Source: Octopus sinensis (taxonomy: Eukaryota). From it: a DNA stretch of 64,000 nt. The stretch is taken from positions 115,444,001-115,508,000 of the forward strand of contig NC_043003.1 in NCBI RefSeq assembly GCF_006345805.1. The letters run 5' to 3'. Below are positions 14,282 to 29,688 of the stretch, in pieces. The notes beneath the pieces were generated by a model that was not told the DNA's origin, made no database searches, and saw nothing but the letters and a program-made list of their open reading frames with translations. Numbering within the stretch: the stretch's first letter is position 1; every line of letters starts with the position of its first letter. The position numbers were made by a program, and so were the translations under genes.

Positions 14282-14352
14282 GTGTGTGTGTGTATGGGTC
14301 TGTGTCTGTGTCTGTGCGCATGCTCACGTGTGTGTAGAGGCGATATTTTCAG

Positions 14353-14486
14353 TTGTTCTGTCGGATTTTTCTCGTTCACGTCCCATCAGACAAATCGAGG
14401 AAAAGAAGTTTGTAAAATCTGATAATGCCTGGCAGCTCTATGCTTGGATACGAGATAAATTCGCTCGGAAATTCTATATAAACTAA
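14353..14486 (+). CDS. Candidate terminal exon (VVLSDFSRSRPIRQIEEKKFVKSDNAWQLYAWIRDKFARKFYIN*)
   Basis: Short acceptor tattttcag; in frame with 13649-13687; AATAAA at ~14648. Confidence 0.25.
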
Positions 14487-15050
14487 ACAAAACATAAACA
14501 AACCGCGAGGATGTTTCAAATATATCTGGCTCTGACTAATTTATCTCTCTACATTTTCCACAGGCCATAAACTGATATTGTAAAGAAACTTAAGAAGAAT
14601 CAATGATGCAATGTTTGCATCGACAACAACAACGAAAGCGGTATCGCAATAAATATACGACCCGAACACGGATCAGAGCGCACAGTCTCTTTTTGACACA
14701 CGTTCATCTCTACCGCAACTTGGTCGTATATATTTACGCATACAAATATGGACTTACTTTCCACACATACATTTGCACATAATATATCAACAAACTACGT
14801 AAATGTTTGAGTGTATGTATAAATACAAACACAGAAACACAGACACACATATATATACACATATACACACACACACATCTATATATATATATATATATAT
14901 ATTTCATAGCACATAAATACAAACGTATATACACATAAATCTATTGTATATACAAATATATAAATTAAAATAGCTGTGATAAAATCGTTGTTTACTTGAT
15001 GTTAAATGTCCCTAGAAAACCCCCACCACATACGTGGTCTTATATATATA

Positions 15051-15093
<43 letters not shown>

Positions 15094-16416
15094 TGTATGT
15101 ATATGTATATGTATGTATGTATATATATATATATATATGTCTATATATATACATATATATATATTTATGTATATGCATGTATGCATATATATATATGTAT
15201 ATGTGTATATGGTCATGTATAACCACACATACATATATTCATATATATATATGTGATTGCACATGATGTATGTACGCGTGTTGTGCGCCTATCTAACGAG
15301 ATAGGGCAAACGGTGTTTTCCCCCACAGATAAATTGATACATATTATAAATATATTTACATCGAAGCGACCGATATGCGTATAAACATACACATACACAC
15401 CTACAGATAAATTATATTAAATTCAAAGTGTCAGTTCCGTTGATTGTGCAAATGTAAAAGAAGTTGGGCATTAGAAAGTATTGGTGAGAGATGTTACTTA
15501 TTTATTGAGGAATGAAATATCATTTGGGACTTCTGGATATTACTCTTGGACAGAAGGCATTTCTTTTATTATTTTCCGAATACAGAATCTAGAGTCGAAA
15601 GATGCTTTCGTATTACTTTCCGTTTTAACACGATCGTGTTTACCAGCCATTTGTTGTGCGATATACTCATTGTATATATTGTTTGTATGTTAATGTATGT
15701 TTCTTTTTATTTATTTTCGTTTGCTTTTGAACGTATGTGTATGTGCGTATGTATAACAGGGTATTGCGGATACAGTTCATATTGTTTTCGGGTGGTGAGT
15801 TGCTGGCGATCGCAGTTGCGTGTGTGTGAGTTTGTGTGTGTGTGTGTGTGTGTGGTGTGTGTGTTTGTGTGTGTGTGTGTGTTTGTGTGTGTGTGAGTGT
15901 GTGTGTCTGTGTGTGTGTGTGTGTGTGTTTGTGGGTATTTATCCGTCTTTGAGGGATGGTGATGAATTTGATGCCGAACTTCAATTAATGCAACTTAAAA
16001 TACCTGTGTGCCTTCCTTCATTTCTCTGCCTACCTACGGTTACAGTTTACTATTTTTCAACTTTGTCGCGCCAGTTGAAGGAGATGTGTGCGAGATATGA
16101 AGAGTAAGGAGTATTCAGTGATGTAGTAACCCGGTTATGTTATCTGTAGTTCAGATTGGCAATATTCCTGTTGTTATCGTTGTGGTTATTGTGTTGCATA
16201 CCATTGCTGGTGTCTATAATAAATCTATTCCGGTTGGCATAGATGCCTTTACTCAGACTACACTCGAGGATATTGCTATTTTATCTGTTATGATTGTTGC
16301 TAATTCTGCTGTTCTAGCTGCACATTGTTATGTCTGTTCTTGTGTAACCCACTGTAGCGTTGCCAGGTCCTCTGTCCTTCTTTCGTCTGTCTTTCGCTGT
16401 ATGCAGAGTATATTGA

Positions 16417-16612
16417 ATCGTTAGCTCCTGCACGCATTTTTTTCTCTCCTTGTTTCTCTCCGTGTTTCTTTTCTGTGTATCTTTCTGTCGAAGAGCGTAG
16501 GCTCGAAACGTAAAAGACTTGTTTTATTTCTATTCCTGAGCGCCATACTTATACAATTGTTTGTTTGTATTCCACTTGCCTTCGTCTTTTGTTTATTTTC
16601 GTAATGCTTCCC

Positions 16613-16615
<3 letters not shown>
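16417..16615 (+). mobile_element. Solo H1 fragment with hammerhead-like motif at 16480-16517
   Basis: UCUUU-CUGUCGA-A-GAGC(GUAG)GCUC-GAAA-CG-UA-AAAGA, followed by (TA)n. Confidence 0.8.
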
Positions 16616-16651
<36 letters not shown>

Positions 16652-16935
16652 CTCAGGCACTATATATTTGGTGTTTATTTGCTTCAGATTTATTTATTTT
16701 TTACATTAATCTTAATCTTATTACGGCCATAAGATTAAAAATAAGATTAAGATTAATGTAAAAATTAAATAAAGCTATCGCAATTACGCCAAATATATAG
16801 TGCTTGTGTTGTTATTGGCTAAACTGGCAACATGACCGTTCCTAAATACAACAACATATATTTAAATAATGTATATATTAATATATAATATATATTTATA
16901 TATATATATATATATATAATATATATATATACACA

Positions 16936-17915
16936 CAATAAGGGCTCCTAATTAGGATGCCGATGCTGGGAACACAAAAGGGAGATGAATTTATCGAGAG
17001 TGAAAATCAAAAACGTTTACCGATAACTTTACATCTCGGACTGATCAGTTTCTGCCTCTTTCTAGCAAAACTCAGAATATGTTGCTAAGGCTGGCTTCCT
17101 CAACGAGACGCCTAAATTGAATCGAGATCCGCAGCGTTGTCACACCATGCGTTGATCTCGACTACTAGCAGATCTTAACTTTTAAAATCTCTGCGCAGAC
17201 GCAAAACATACTCGGCAGTATAGGGCATGCCGAGAAAAATTTTACGAATAAATCCATCAAGTAATATGCGAATATAAACAAGAAGGGTAGTAATATTGGT
17301 TACTACCAGTTGCCCAGCACAAAAGACGAATTAGTCATTAGACAAAATATTATTCATATAGAAAAATATTATTCATGTAGAAATACAATTAGGATGCCGA
17401 GCGCATATTACTTGATAGACTTATTCGTAAAATTTTTCCCGGCATGCCCTATACTGCCGAGTAGCGCATATTACTTGATGGATTTATTCGTAAAATTTTT
17501 CCCGGCATGCCCTATACTGCCGAGTATGTTTTGCGTCTGCGCAGAGATTTTAAAAGTTAAGATCTGCTAGTAGTCGAGATCAACGCATGGTGTGACAACG
17601 CTGCGGATCTCGATTCAATTTAGGCGTCTCGTTGAGGAAGCCAGCCTTAGCAAACATATTCTGTGTTTTGCTAGAAAGAGGCAGAAACTGATCAGTCCGA
17701 GGTGTAAAGTTATCGGTAAACGTTTTTGATTTTCACTCTCGATAAATTCATCTCCCTTTTGTGTTCCCAGCACTCGGCATCCTAATTTAGGAGCCCTTAA
17801 TTGTATTTCTACATGAATAATATTTTTCTATATGAATAATATTTTGTCTAATGACTAATTCGTCTTTTGTGCTGGGCACCTGGTAGTAACTAATATTACT
17901 ACCCTTCTTGTTTAT
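16936..17915. mobile_element. Family H2: ~450-nt non-coding monomer as a head-to-head inverted pair (left arm circularly permuted), in (TA)n
   Basis: 16936-17270 is the reverse complement of ~17465-17800; 17271-17400 is the reverse complement of ~17772-17915; 17401-17463 duplicates the monomer start. Confidence 0.85.
17624..17705 (+). ncRNA. Type I hammerhead-like motif of H2 (mirror copy at 17031-17112, minus)
   Basis: GCGUCUCG-UUGAGGA-AGCC[long stem II with UAGCAAA/UUUGCUA]GGCA-GAAA-CUGAUCAG-UC-CGAG(G/A)UGU. Confidence 0.5.
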
Positions 17916-17934
17916 ATATATATATATATATATA

Positions 17935-18658
17935 AGTGCTTGGTGACACTACAGATATTTTACCTTCTCCTTCTCTTTCCTACTGTCACAGTCATCGGTT
18001 GGTCACTTAGTGAAGAGGTGGTTTCAAACTTTCTCTTAATTCATTAGAATTAACAGATTCATAGCTATTCCTAATCAGTGTTCCTCGCACATTTTCACAG
18101 TATTGCTTCATTGTTATCGTTGGACAATCCAGCAGCCATCAGTCATTAGCTATCTATTATAATTACCACACCTACCACCCTCACCTTCGCAACTTATTTT
18201 CCCCTTTCTAAAGAATGAACTCTTTAGCCTATGAAGGGAAATGGTAGGCTTGCACATCATTCGCAGCTAAAACCAAATTTGACAAGAAACTTTCTAAAGT
18301 ATTTGTATCGGTGAAGGCCTCAATAACCTTTCTCACTGCTCTTTCATTGTTACCGTAACCCGCCGATTCTGTCCGCCGAAATCTCGTTAATTCGCCTTGA
18401 ATTGATCAGTTTTATGTACGATGCAACTGATATTGCTAGGTTAAAACATTTTTTACCCTTTTCGAAGCATGAATTTCTTTCATCAATTATTTCTCTCGGC
18501 AGCTCAAGACTTTCTTTGACACGGGATGTGTTAGCAAAAGAGCCAATTGTTTGCGCTGGAGTCGCATCTTGCTGTTTATTGCGCTGCTACCATTATTGCA
18601 CTCGGCAGTGATGGTTCCGACGTAGTCAATGAAATTAAAGTTGTGATAGTGGTAGAAT
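17935..18658 (-). pseudogene. Possible decayed LINE ORF1/gag-like remnant
   Basis: Minus strand near 17935-17990 gives RRR*NICSVTKHL, like a degenerate CX2CX4H knuckle; multiple stops. Confidence 0.25.
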
Positions 18659-18671
18659 TGCTAAATAGAAC

Positions 18672-19242
18672 AGCTCTATATTTAAGAGATGAGGAATTAT
18701 GTACATCATTTACATTATTAAACTTTGACTGATATTGGTCCTCATCTTGTTTGTAGTTGATCCAACGCTTCGGCTGATATGCCCTCCAGCTTTCATCAGG
18801 TATCTTGGGGAAATTTCGAACCTGGGTTCTCATTCCTAAGGTACTTTTCTACGTGATTATTATTATTATGGGGTTTGAATAATTCACCTCTGAAAATATG
18901 GGTTGTTTCGTCCAACATCCTTAAACAACCATTATTCAGGGACATTTTGAGCGGGATGGGTTACTCGACCACAAGAAAATTCTAACTGGGCCCCACCTTC
19001 AAGGTCATGTGCCGTTTATCTTGATATGAGATCACCATGTCACGCACATATGGTTGTGATGCATGTGTCTAGTGTACCCTTATCAGACGGGTAGTCATGA
19101 TGGATATACTGGGCTTCGCATATTTTACCCCAGTGTCACTTTGATGGCATGCACTGCTTTCTCACTCAATAATAAAAATCATGATAACAACAACAACAAC
19201 AACAACAACAACAAAAACAACAACTACAACAACAACAACAAC

Positions 19243-19288
<46 letters not shown>

Positions 19289-19472
19289 TTAATAATAATA
19301 ATAATAATAATCACATCGAAAAATACCATAGGAATTAGAACCCAGGTTCTAAATTTTCCCAAGACACCTGATGAAGGCTGGAGGGTATATCAGCTGAAGC
19401 GCTGTGTTAACAACAAACAAGATGAAGACAAATATCCGTCAAATGTAAATAATGTAAATAATGTAAACAATC
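18672..19472. mobile_element. Family H3 head-to-head inverted pair (PLE pLTR-like) with 13-bp flanking direct repeat
   Basis: ~18697-18856 (minus) and 19311-19470 (plus) are inverted homologues; tgctaaatagaac lies at 18659-18671 and 19473-19485; CUGAUGA hammerhead-like motifs at 18759-18805 (-) and 19363-19408 (+). Confidence 0.75.
18870..19168. mobile_element. Interspersed repeat embedded in (AAT)n (nested in H3)
   Basis: Matches 33114-33411; abuts (AAT)/(AAC) tracts. (TAA)n targeting is reminiscent of Dong/R4 elements (inference). Confidence 0.75.
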
Positions 19473-20951
19473 TGCTAAATAGAACGTTTACAGATTGGTG
19501 GCTCTTGCTGTTCGTTTTATTAGGGGCGAGACGTGACGATGTCACATCAGTCGCTCCAAACACTATTTTAGTTTCTCTGCCATTTTGTAGAATATTTCGC
19601 TGCTATGATTTAAAGATGAGTATCTTCCCAGATACAAACGGAACACTATTTCTACGGCTCTACATGTACTGCATACACAGATTTCCATTCGCACCTTGCA
19701 TGTGAGAAGAATGCAATTTGACAGTTGCTGATAAGATCGACGCTGATCGATGCGGTTCCAAACCGTTGTACTTTTAGAAATTCGAGGAAGCATTAGATTC
19801 TCCAGTTAACGGCAACTGAAAGGAACAACACGTAATAAACAGTAACACATTCGCATCTAGAGATGACAGCCTGTATATACATACATGCAAACAGAGATAT
19901 ACACAAATACCTATACATATACATAGCCCCAAATGGTGTGTGTGTGTAATATATGTGTTAATGTCTGTATGTAGGCCTCTGTTTATATTAGGCATATACA
20001 AGTCTATACGTTCTAATGTCATGACATTTCAAATTTCAGAGCATGGCATGATATAATTGCTTTTAGATGTCAGGTGCATGTTTAAGAGTCCACTAACCAA
20101 TGCAAGATATTGTTTTCATTGCTGTAAAATTTGCTTAATATGAACTGATGAAGATTACCTATTTTCATAATAAATAGTGTGCGTATGCATACGTGCATGT
20201 ATGTGTGTGCTTGTGTGTCTGTGTGTATGAATGCGTGTTGGAAGATTTCGAGGAGGGAAGAGAGATAAGGGAAGCAGAGGAGAAGATGAAGTTTGGAAAA
20301 GATATGAGAGATAAATATACGAAGAGAACCAGAAAATAATGGAGAAAAACTGTGTGATGGATATATCAACATAAGTGTCGATATGTAATCATTTGACTGG
20401 GTTTTTCTGAGAATCTATTTATTTTTTCATTCATTATCATTGCGTTTATCGGTAAATGTGCATCAAAGAAGACAGTCGGAAAAAAAAACAAAGAATGAAA
20501 CATGAAATTTGGTGAAGAGTAATAACAGTCACGTTTATAAAGTATATGTGTATGCACGCGCGTGTCTGTGTGCGCGCTACTTTGTTAGTGTCTTAGTATG
20601 TGACTGTGTGTATATATTATATGGATATACATATTTACATCCATGCACACAAATATTCATACACCTAGACACTCTACACATAATCATAGACCTATATATA
20701 TGTATATATGTATATTCATTTATATATGTATACTTATACATATATGTACTTATACATAAATACATGTGTTAAATGCTCGAAATACGAGTGTAGAAAAAAA
20801 GCCAACAATTGATGAAGGGTCGCTCTTTATGTTGCTTGACTTCTTTACCTTTTGTCCCTTTCGTTGTTCGAAAAAGTAGTTCATACTCCATGTACTCGTA
20901 CTTCGTGTTTTTTTTTGTCGTACACGTTTCATGATGTCCTGTGCCCACAAT

Positions 20952-22685
<1,734 letters not shown>

Positions 22686-22700
22686 TGCGTATATATATAT

Positions 22701-23107
22701 ACTCTTTTACTCTTTTACTTGTTTCAGTCATTTGACTGCGGCCATGCTGGAGCACAACCTTTTGGTCGAGCAAATGGACCCCGGGACTTATTCTTTGTAA
22801 GCCCAGTACTTATTCTATCGGTCTCTTTTGCCGAACCGCTAAGTAACGGGGACGTAAACACACCAACATCGGTTGTCAAGCAATGCTAGGGGGACAAACA
22901 CAGACACACAAACACACACATACATATATATATATATATACATATATACGACAGGCTTCTTTCAGTTTCCGTCTACCAAATCCACTCACAAGGCATTGGT
23001 CGGCCCGGGGCTATAGCAGAAGACACCTGCGCAAGGTGCCACGCAGTGGGACTGAACCCGGAACCATGTGGTTGGTTAGCAAGCTACTTACCACACAGCC
23101 ACTCCTG
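22701..23107 (-). mobile_element. SINE family A
   Basis: Near full-length reverse copy. Confidence 0.9.
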
Positions 23108-23113
23108 TATATG

Positions 23114-23169
<56 letters not shown>

Positions 23170-23792
23170 CATGTATGTATAACTCACAAGGGTAAAGAGG
23201 AGAGTCAAAGACACAGAGGATGACCCTTGCATTTGAAAACTATGGAAATATTTTTTTTTATATTACATAGATAGATAGAGAGATTCTGAAGGGTGTACCA
23301 CTTCCTATACCATTTACTAAAATCCGAGCCAAGGCTCTAAAACCACCAGAAACTCACAATATAATGTACACGAGCCATGCAATGAACATATGTGAAATAG
23401 TCTTACCTTTTCGTTGTAAGTAGTGTCTATTTTAATATCAATTGTTTCCACCCTCTGAATGACCAATATTCTCTGAGATCTTCATCTATTTCTGAAATAT
23501 TCACTACTTTAGCTCGTCTGCGTTCCTTACTTTAAACGTACGACTCCGTTTAAAAGAAAACTATCATGAGCAAGAATAAATTTAAATAAAGATGCATTAT
23601 TACCGTTATTAATGATATTGATAAGGTAACAATGAGGTGGCTAGCAACTTCACACCGATACAGGCACAATATAAGCGGGACGTTTAAATTAAGGAACGCA
23701 CACGTGTTAATGTAGTGAATATTTTAGAAATAGATGCGGAATGTTATTTTCAACTGAAGATCCCAGATTGTGTTGGTCATGCAGAGGGTTTC

Positions 23793-24088
23793 TTGTTTGT
23801 TCCTTCTCGCGCCATGACTGGCTCATAAGGGCCGGTTTCCCGGTTTCTTAGCGTATATATTCTCCACCTTGATGGGACGCCAGTCCGTCGCAGGTGGGCT
23901 GCAAGATGCAGGAGGAAAGAGTGAGAGAAAGTTGTGATGAAAGAGTCAGCAGAGGTTCGCCATTACCTTCTGCCGGAGCCGCGTGGAGCTTAGGTGTTTT
24001 CGCTCATAAACACACACACCACCCGGTCTGAGATTCGAACCCGCAATCCCTCGATCACTACTCTAACCACTAGGCCATGTGCCTCCAC
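23793..24088 (-). mobile_element. tRNA-derived SINE family B
   Basis: Head GTGGAGGCACATGGCCTAGTGGTTAGAG...GGTTCGAATCTC and (AAAC)n-type tail; 6 copies in the window. Confidence 0.9.
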
Positions 24089-24189
24089 ATGCAGAGGGTG
24101 AAATCAATTGGCATTGACAAAAAAAAGACTTGCTTGGTTATACAAATAGGTACACGAGAAATTAACGTGTTTCATTGTTTAATGTTATC

Positions 24190-25863
24190 GCGTCATTGAC
24201 AAGGTACAAAGACAAAGGGGAGATAATTTTCAATTGCACTTCCGGTATTCTTTGCGGTGATTGTTTTATTCCGCCTCACATTACATTGCGTCATCGGTCT
24301 GTTGTGAAGTGTGCAAAGACACAGTATATAAATTCGTCTTTCCTTCGGGCTTGAAGACAATGAGTAACCTCTTATACCTGCACAATGTCGTACAAAACTC
24401 ACCATTTGCCAAAAATCATGCACTGATAATTTCAGATGTGCCACATTTCTGTAGGAGTGCCTCATATACTACATCCCTTTTTGGGGTCAATAACAACATC
24501 GTTCTCAGGATTTTACTCCTATGTTTATTTTTCTGGGAACGGATCTAAATTTGGGCGGATCATCTACTTAGCAATTCAAGCAACATTGATGCAGCAATTA
24601 GTATCAGGATTATCAGGAATGCTGTCATTGCCTCAAACGTCAACGTGTCGGCTTGTTCAGGTCTATTCAATTTGGTTCTTTGTCTAAACGAACATGCATG
24701 TTAATGATGTTACAATTTCTGTAACTTCTAAAGGAGGTTTCAAGTACAAAACACTCTTGTGCAATGCTTATGTAATTGCTCCGATGATTACGAATATATT
24801 TCATATTGTTACAACTACTTTGGTAAACAAAATAAATCTCTAAACCTGAGACATTTTCACTATGCTCTTACGATCGTCAGTTTCTCCTCTACATGGTTAG
24901 AAAGAACTGAATAATAAATTTAGTTCGCGATTTATCAATTTTCCCATATTTTTCTGGATCCAAACGACTGTTGTCAACGGCAGTACTTTGCATTTTAAGA
25001 ATTGAAGACGGCTGTTGTATAACATTTCCTGCTTTAATATTGCTGTTATCATTTTACAATTGTCGAATTGACGAAATCCGAATCCACTATAGAATTCAGG
25101 TTGACGTAGGTCGTTTTTAAAGACGTCCTTTATTGACAATGCTGGAAGTAGTTTCCGCGGGGAAGAAAAATGGTGTTCCTATTCTTTGAGGACATCTTCC
25201 GGGTATTTTAGAATGTTTGTATTATCTACAATTAGAATGTTTACAGTCGATTTTTCGAGGAAGGCCAAATGTATTTCATTTCTTCCAGCAAACAGGCAAC
25301 AGGTGACTCATTTGTTTTGAATCGCTCTTTGAAACTCTGACACTGACTGTTCTGTATTTCTCTGAGATTCGCTTGACATTGCTGAAACATATATTGATAA
25401 CGTATTTTCATCGTATTTAACATTGGAGCTTTCCGCGTCATTGATAAGATAGATTACATTTTCTGTATCGAAACCAATCTTCTCTTCTTTTCTGTGAAGT
25501 AAGTGAAAATTACCGATCTCTCATAGTTATTTTTCAGCTAACATAAAGATTACACAACAACCAAGCGACGTTGTGTGGGGTGGAGTTCTGCGGAAACTTT
25601 TGAGAGAGAATGACTTGAGATCTATGGATTCATATTTCTTACAGTACGCGTCAAATGAGACAGACAGTGTATAACGATGAAAATTGCAGCTGTCTGATAA
25701 TGATTCGCTTTTAGTTTGCAGTAGCTCTTTGTTAGACAATATGTTTAGCGTTGATCTCCTCTGCGATGTTCACCTCCAATGATATCAACTAAAGTAGTGC
25801 AGGATAAAATGTTCTGTGGTTAAGGTCATAAAGGGGGGGGGTGCTTGCAGTAAATTTCCAGTA
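24190..25863 (-). pseudogene. Highly decayed DNA-transposon coding remnant (possibly Sola2-like)
   Basis: Non-repetitive stretch with fragmentary ORFs faintly resembling DDE-type transposase motifs (AYCKKYESIDLK; NLLFSSF*PCRGETD; AGIRGYS); resemblance is weak. Confidence 0.25.
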
Positions 25864-26421
25864 TTTTGATACTTGCCGAAAAGTGTTGCGTTAAAACATA
25901 AGCACGAGGGTCTTGAAAGTGAGGCACTCAGTCTTACAGAACAATCCACACTCTCGACTACGACAAAAAACGACAGAAAGATGAGTGTGTGTTACGCACA
26001 CATCAAACTATATACACACACACACGCCCATGGTACGTGTGTAATTTTGCAGCAGTAAGCATCAATGTATATATATATATAGATACGTCTATGATAAGCG
26101 AAATATATTAGATATACACACGGACACACACTCACGCACACACACTCACGCACAACACTCCCACAACCACGCACAACCACACACACACACATGAAAAAAA
26201 TGATTGCAAATTACTCTTGGGAAATATTTATCCAATCATCTAAATCGAAATATTTTTTGGAGAAGACGAATAGAACGATGATAAGGAAATGATAAAAACC
26301 ATAAAACTATCTGCTGGAACACTAATTTTAATATTAATTTTTATAGCTATTGCATTAACACCTATTGTCGAGTTAAAACCGTATAATATTGTCAGTCTTC
26401 GTCACCTTAATGCTCTACCTC

Positions 26422-26478
<57 letters not shown>

Positions 26479-26519
26479 ATATATATATATATAGATATAT
26501 ATATATATACATACTTATA

Positions 26520-26556
<37 letters not shown>

Positions 26557-26592
26557 GCGCGTATTTGTGTGTGTATGTGTATACATGTGTAT

Positions 26593-26644
<52 letters not shown>

Positions 26645-26903
26645 TGTATATATTCGTATATATTCCTATATTGTATGCACAAAAATCATCGCACATATCT
26701 ACTGAGATCTGGGCAAAACACGTTAGCTTCATATCTGTCTGCTATATACTGCCCTACATTCCGATCGGTGAATCGTTTGAAAATGTATTGACGCCTTAAT
26801 TCGAGTTCCTCATTCTTTTTTTCATTACATGGAAGCATTTTTTATTCACCGTCGATAAAGAACAAACGTATATGAATATATATATATATATAATATATAT
26901 ATA

Positions 26904-26956
<53 letters not shown>

Positions 26957-27281
26957 TATATTTCAGTACAGAAACCGGTACTGAAATGTTCTTTATAAAA
27001 TTAGTTTAGCATTTCCTCTCTTGACTGTTTTTTTCATATATATCAACTCGTGTGTCCCTTTTCAACCTTATAAAATATATATATATATATATATATATAC
27101 ATATTCTTCATGAGCGAGGGAAGCAGCATTAGTTCAAAATAGCAGTGTGCGTAAATTTCTTAAAGTAGGTATATAGTTGAAAGTCTGATAAGCGACAGTA
27201 TTCATTTGAGTAAAGCTTATGTTATGTTCTTATTTTGTTAAGAACACAGAGATATGTCAGTAACAGAAGAACACTTTCCAG

Positions 27282-27564
27282 TTGTTTATTCCTTGTCGAG
27301 CCATGCCTGGCCCATAAGGGCCGGTTTCCCGGTTTCCCTGGCGTATAGGTTCCCCACCTGGACGGGACTCTGGTCCATCGCAGGTGAGCTGCAAGATGCA
27401 GGAGGAAAGAGTGAGAGAAAGTTGTGGCGAAAGAGTCAGCAGAAGTTCGCCATTATCTTCTGCCGGAGCCGCTCATAAACACACACATCACCCGGTCTAA
27501 GATTCGAACCCGCGATCCCTCGACCGCGAGTCCGCTGCTCTAACCTCTAGGACATGTGTTTCCA
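27282..27564 (-). mobile_element. SINE family B
   Basis: Matches the other B copies; internal deletion. Confidence 0.9.
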
Positions 27565-28125
27565 CAACACTGTCCAGTAGCGGCGGTGGTATTGCTAATA
27601 TAAGTATTTCTGCTTCTCCGAACTACGTCATGATCCAATATTCACTGGTACGTTAGGAGAACCTCGACCGCTATACATATTGGCAGCTATGTCATATTTC
27701 ATAGACGAAGGATTCCTGAATTATTGCAATTCCTGGTTTACTTGAAAGACAAAGCAAGCATCTAATGACAAAAACGTCCATATGCAAATGAAATGAATGA
27801 GGAAATCTGGTATTACCAATTAAAACATGAGCTTATCTGATTACATATGTTTGAGCAGAAAAACATACATCATTACATCAAAGAGAGGCATCATATGACA
27901 AGTGTATTCGACTGCAGCCTCTTCAAGGCACGCACTGTTTTTATCTCACTTGTTGTGACAACCACCATTCGTTGCCTTTGGATCCAGGTGTCAGTTATTA
28001 CAGGAGGAGAACATCTAGAAACATATGCATTGATCGATCTCATATGTACCCTTATATAATATGAAGGCATAAAAGCCTTATGTAGTAGTAGGATCGAGTT
28101 ACAGAAAGATGGGTTGTGTATATAC

Positions 28126-28166
<41 letters not shown>

Positions 28167-28168
<2 letters not shown>

Positions 28169-28479
28169 CACCGTGATCACCGTGACCGACCAGGCTATCA
28201 GATGTTGCTACACATCGCTGGTCACAATGCGCTTCGTATTGTTTTAGCCTTCAAATGACGCCATTCCGCTGGGTAAGCGAGCAAGCCAACAGAAGAGAGA
28301 GGGAGAGGGAGTTGTAGTGAAAACGTACAGCAGGGATCACCACAATCCCCTGCCGGAGCCTCGCGGAGCTTTAGGTGTTTTCGCTCAACAAACACTCACA
28401 ACGCCCAGTCTGGGAATCGAAACCGCGATCCTACAACCACGAGCCCACTGCCCTAACCACTGGGCCATTGCGCCTCCAC
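28167..28479 (-). mobile_element. SINE family C (B/D-type head, distinct tail)
   Basis: Head GTGGAGGCGCAATGGCCCAGTGGTTAGGG...GGTTTCGATTCCC; tail ends in a CACGGTGAT-type repeat. Confidence 0.85.
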
Positions 28480-28493
28480 ACACACACACAGAC

Positions 28494-28571
<78 letters not shown>

Positions 28572-28637
28572 CACTATATATATACATATATATATACATA
28601 TACATATATACATATACATATATATATATATATATAT

Positions 28638-28845
28638 AGTTAATCCAAACAACAAAACACAAACAAACACAACAACGCGAGGACGTGGAACAAATATAGT
28701 ATTATTGGACGCTCAGGAAAGAAGGAAAGAAGGAGGGTTTAACGTTTCGAGCGGAGCACTTCGTCGGAAACTTAGGAAAAGGAAAGATCCAGAGAAGGGA
28801 AGACAGAGGAAAAAAATCGCCAGCGGTACACACGCGGTCACATTT

Positions 28846-28848
<3 letters not shown>
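28638..28848 (-). mobile_element. Family H4 PLE pLTR-like fragment in (TA)n with hammerhead-like motif (28737-28771)
   Basis: Reverse complement reads GUUU-CCGACGA-A-GUGC(UCC)GCUC-GAAA-CG-UU-AAAC. Confidence 0.65.
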
Positions 28849-28891
<43 letters not shown>

Positions 28892-29419
28892 GGTGGTAAT
28901 AGAATTTCCCGGGACAGTTCTGGAACAAGTTTTAGAAGCAATTACAATGTCATGTTGATAATTCATAATTTTCTTACATTGGACATCCATGATATGCAAA
29001 CCGACCCCAACAGAATGTATTACTCTTCTGTATGTAATTTCTGGATACAGTCATATTAAACCTTTCTCGAGAACCCCTACATTGTGTCTTCCAGGTGTTT
29101 GGGAATATTGACAGCCACATGCACTCTGATAAGCAAGAGTCCTGGAAAGGAATTATTTCACTTGTTTAATTTACAGGTTTCTGAGAGTCCAACTCAACAA
29201 CCAATCAGATATTTGCCTTTAATATATGTAAGCTGTGCGAAAAACCTTTCGAGTTATTTCACAAAGCAATGACCTGTGTGTGTATGTAGTATGTATGTAT
29301 GTATGTATGTATGTATGTATGTATGTATGTATGTATGTATATATGTATATTTGTGTGTGTATATGTATGTATATCAAATCAGAAAGAGGTAACACTAAAT
29401 AAAAGAAGAACTGTGAGGC

Positions 29420-29644
29420 GTGTTTACTCGTTTCAATTGCCACATTGTGGCCATGCTGCAGCAACTACTTGAAAAATGAAGAAACATGAACAAGCGAATT
29501 GTCCTCAGTATTTACATTTTAAGTCTGGTATTTATTCTATTGCTCTCTTTTGCCGAACCGCTAAGTTAATGGGCTGTAAACACACCAACACACGTTGTCA
29601 AGTGGTGGCGGAGAACAAACACAGAAAGTCACACATGCACACAC

Positions 29645-29688
<44 letters not shown>

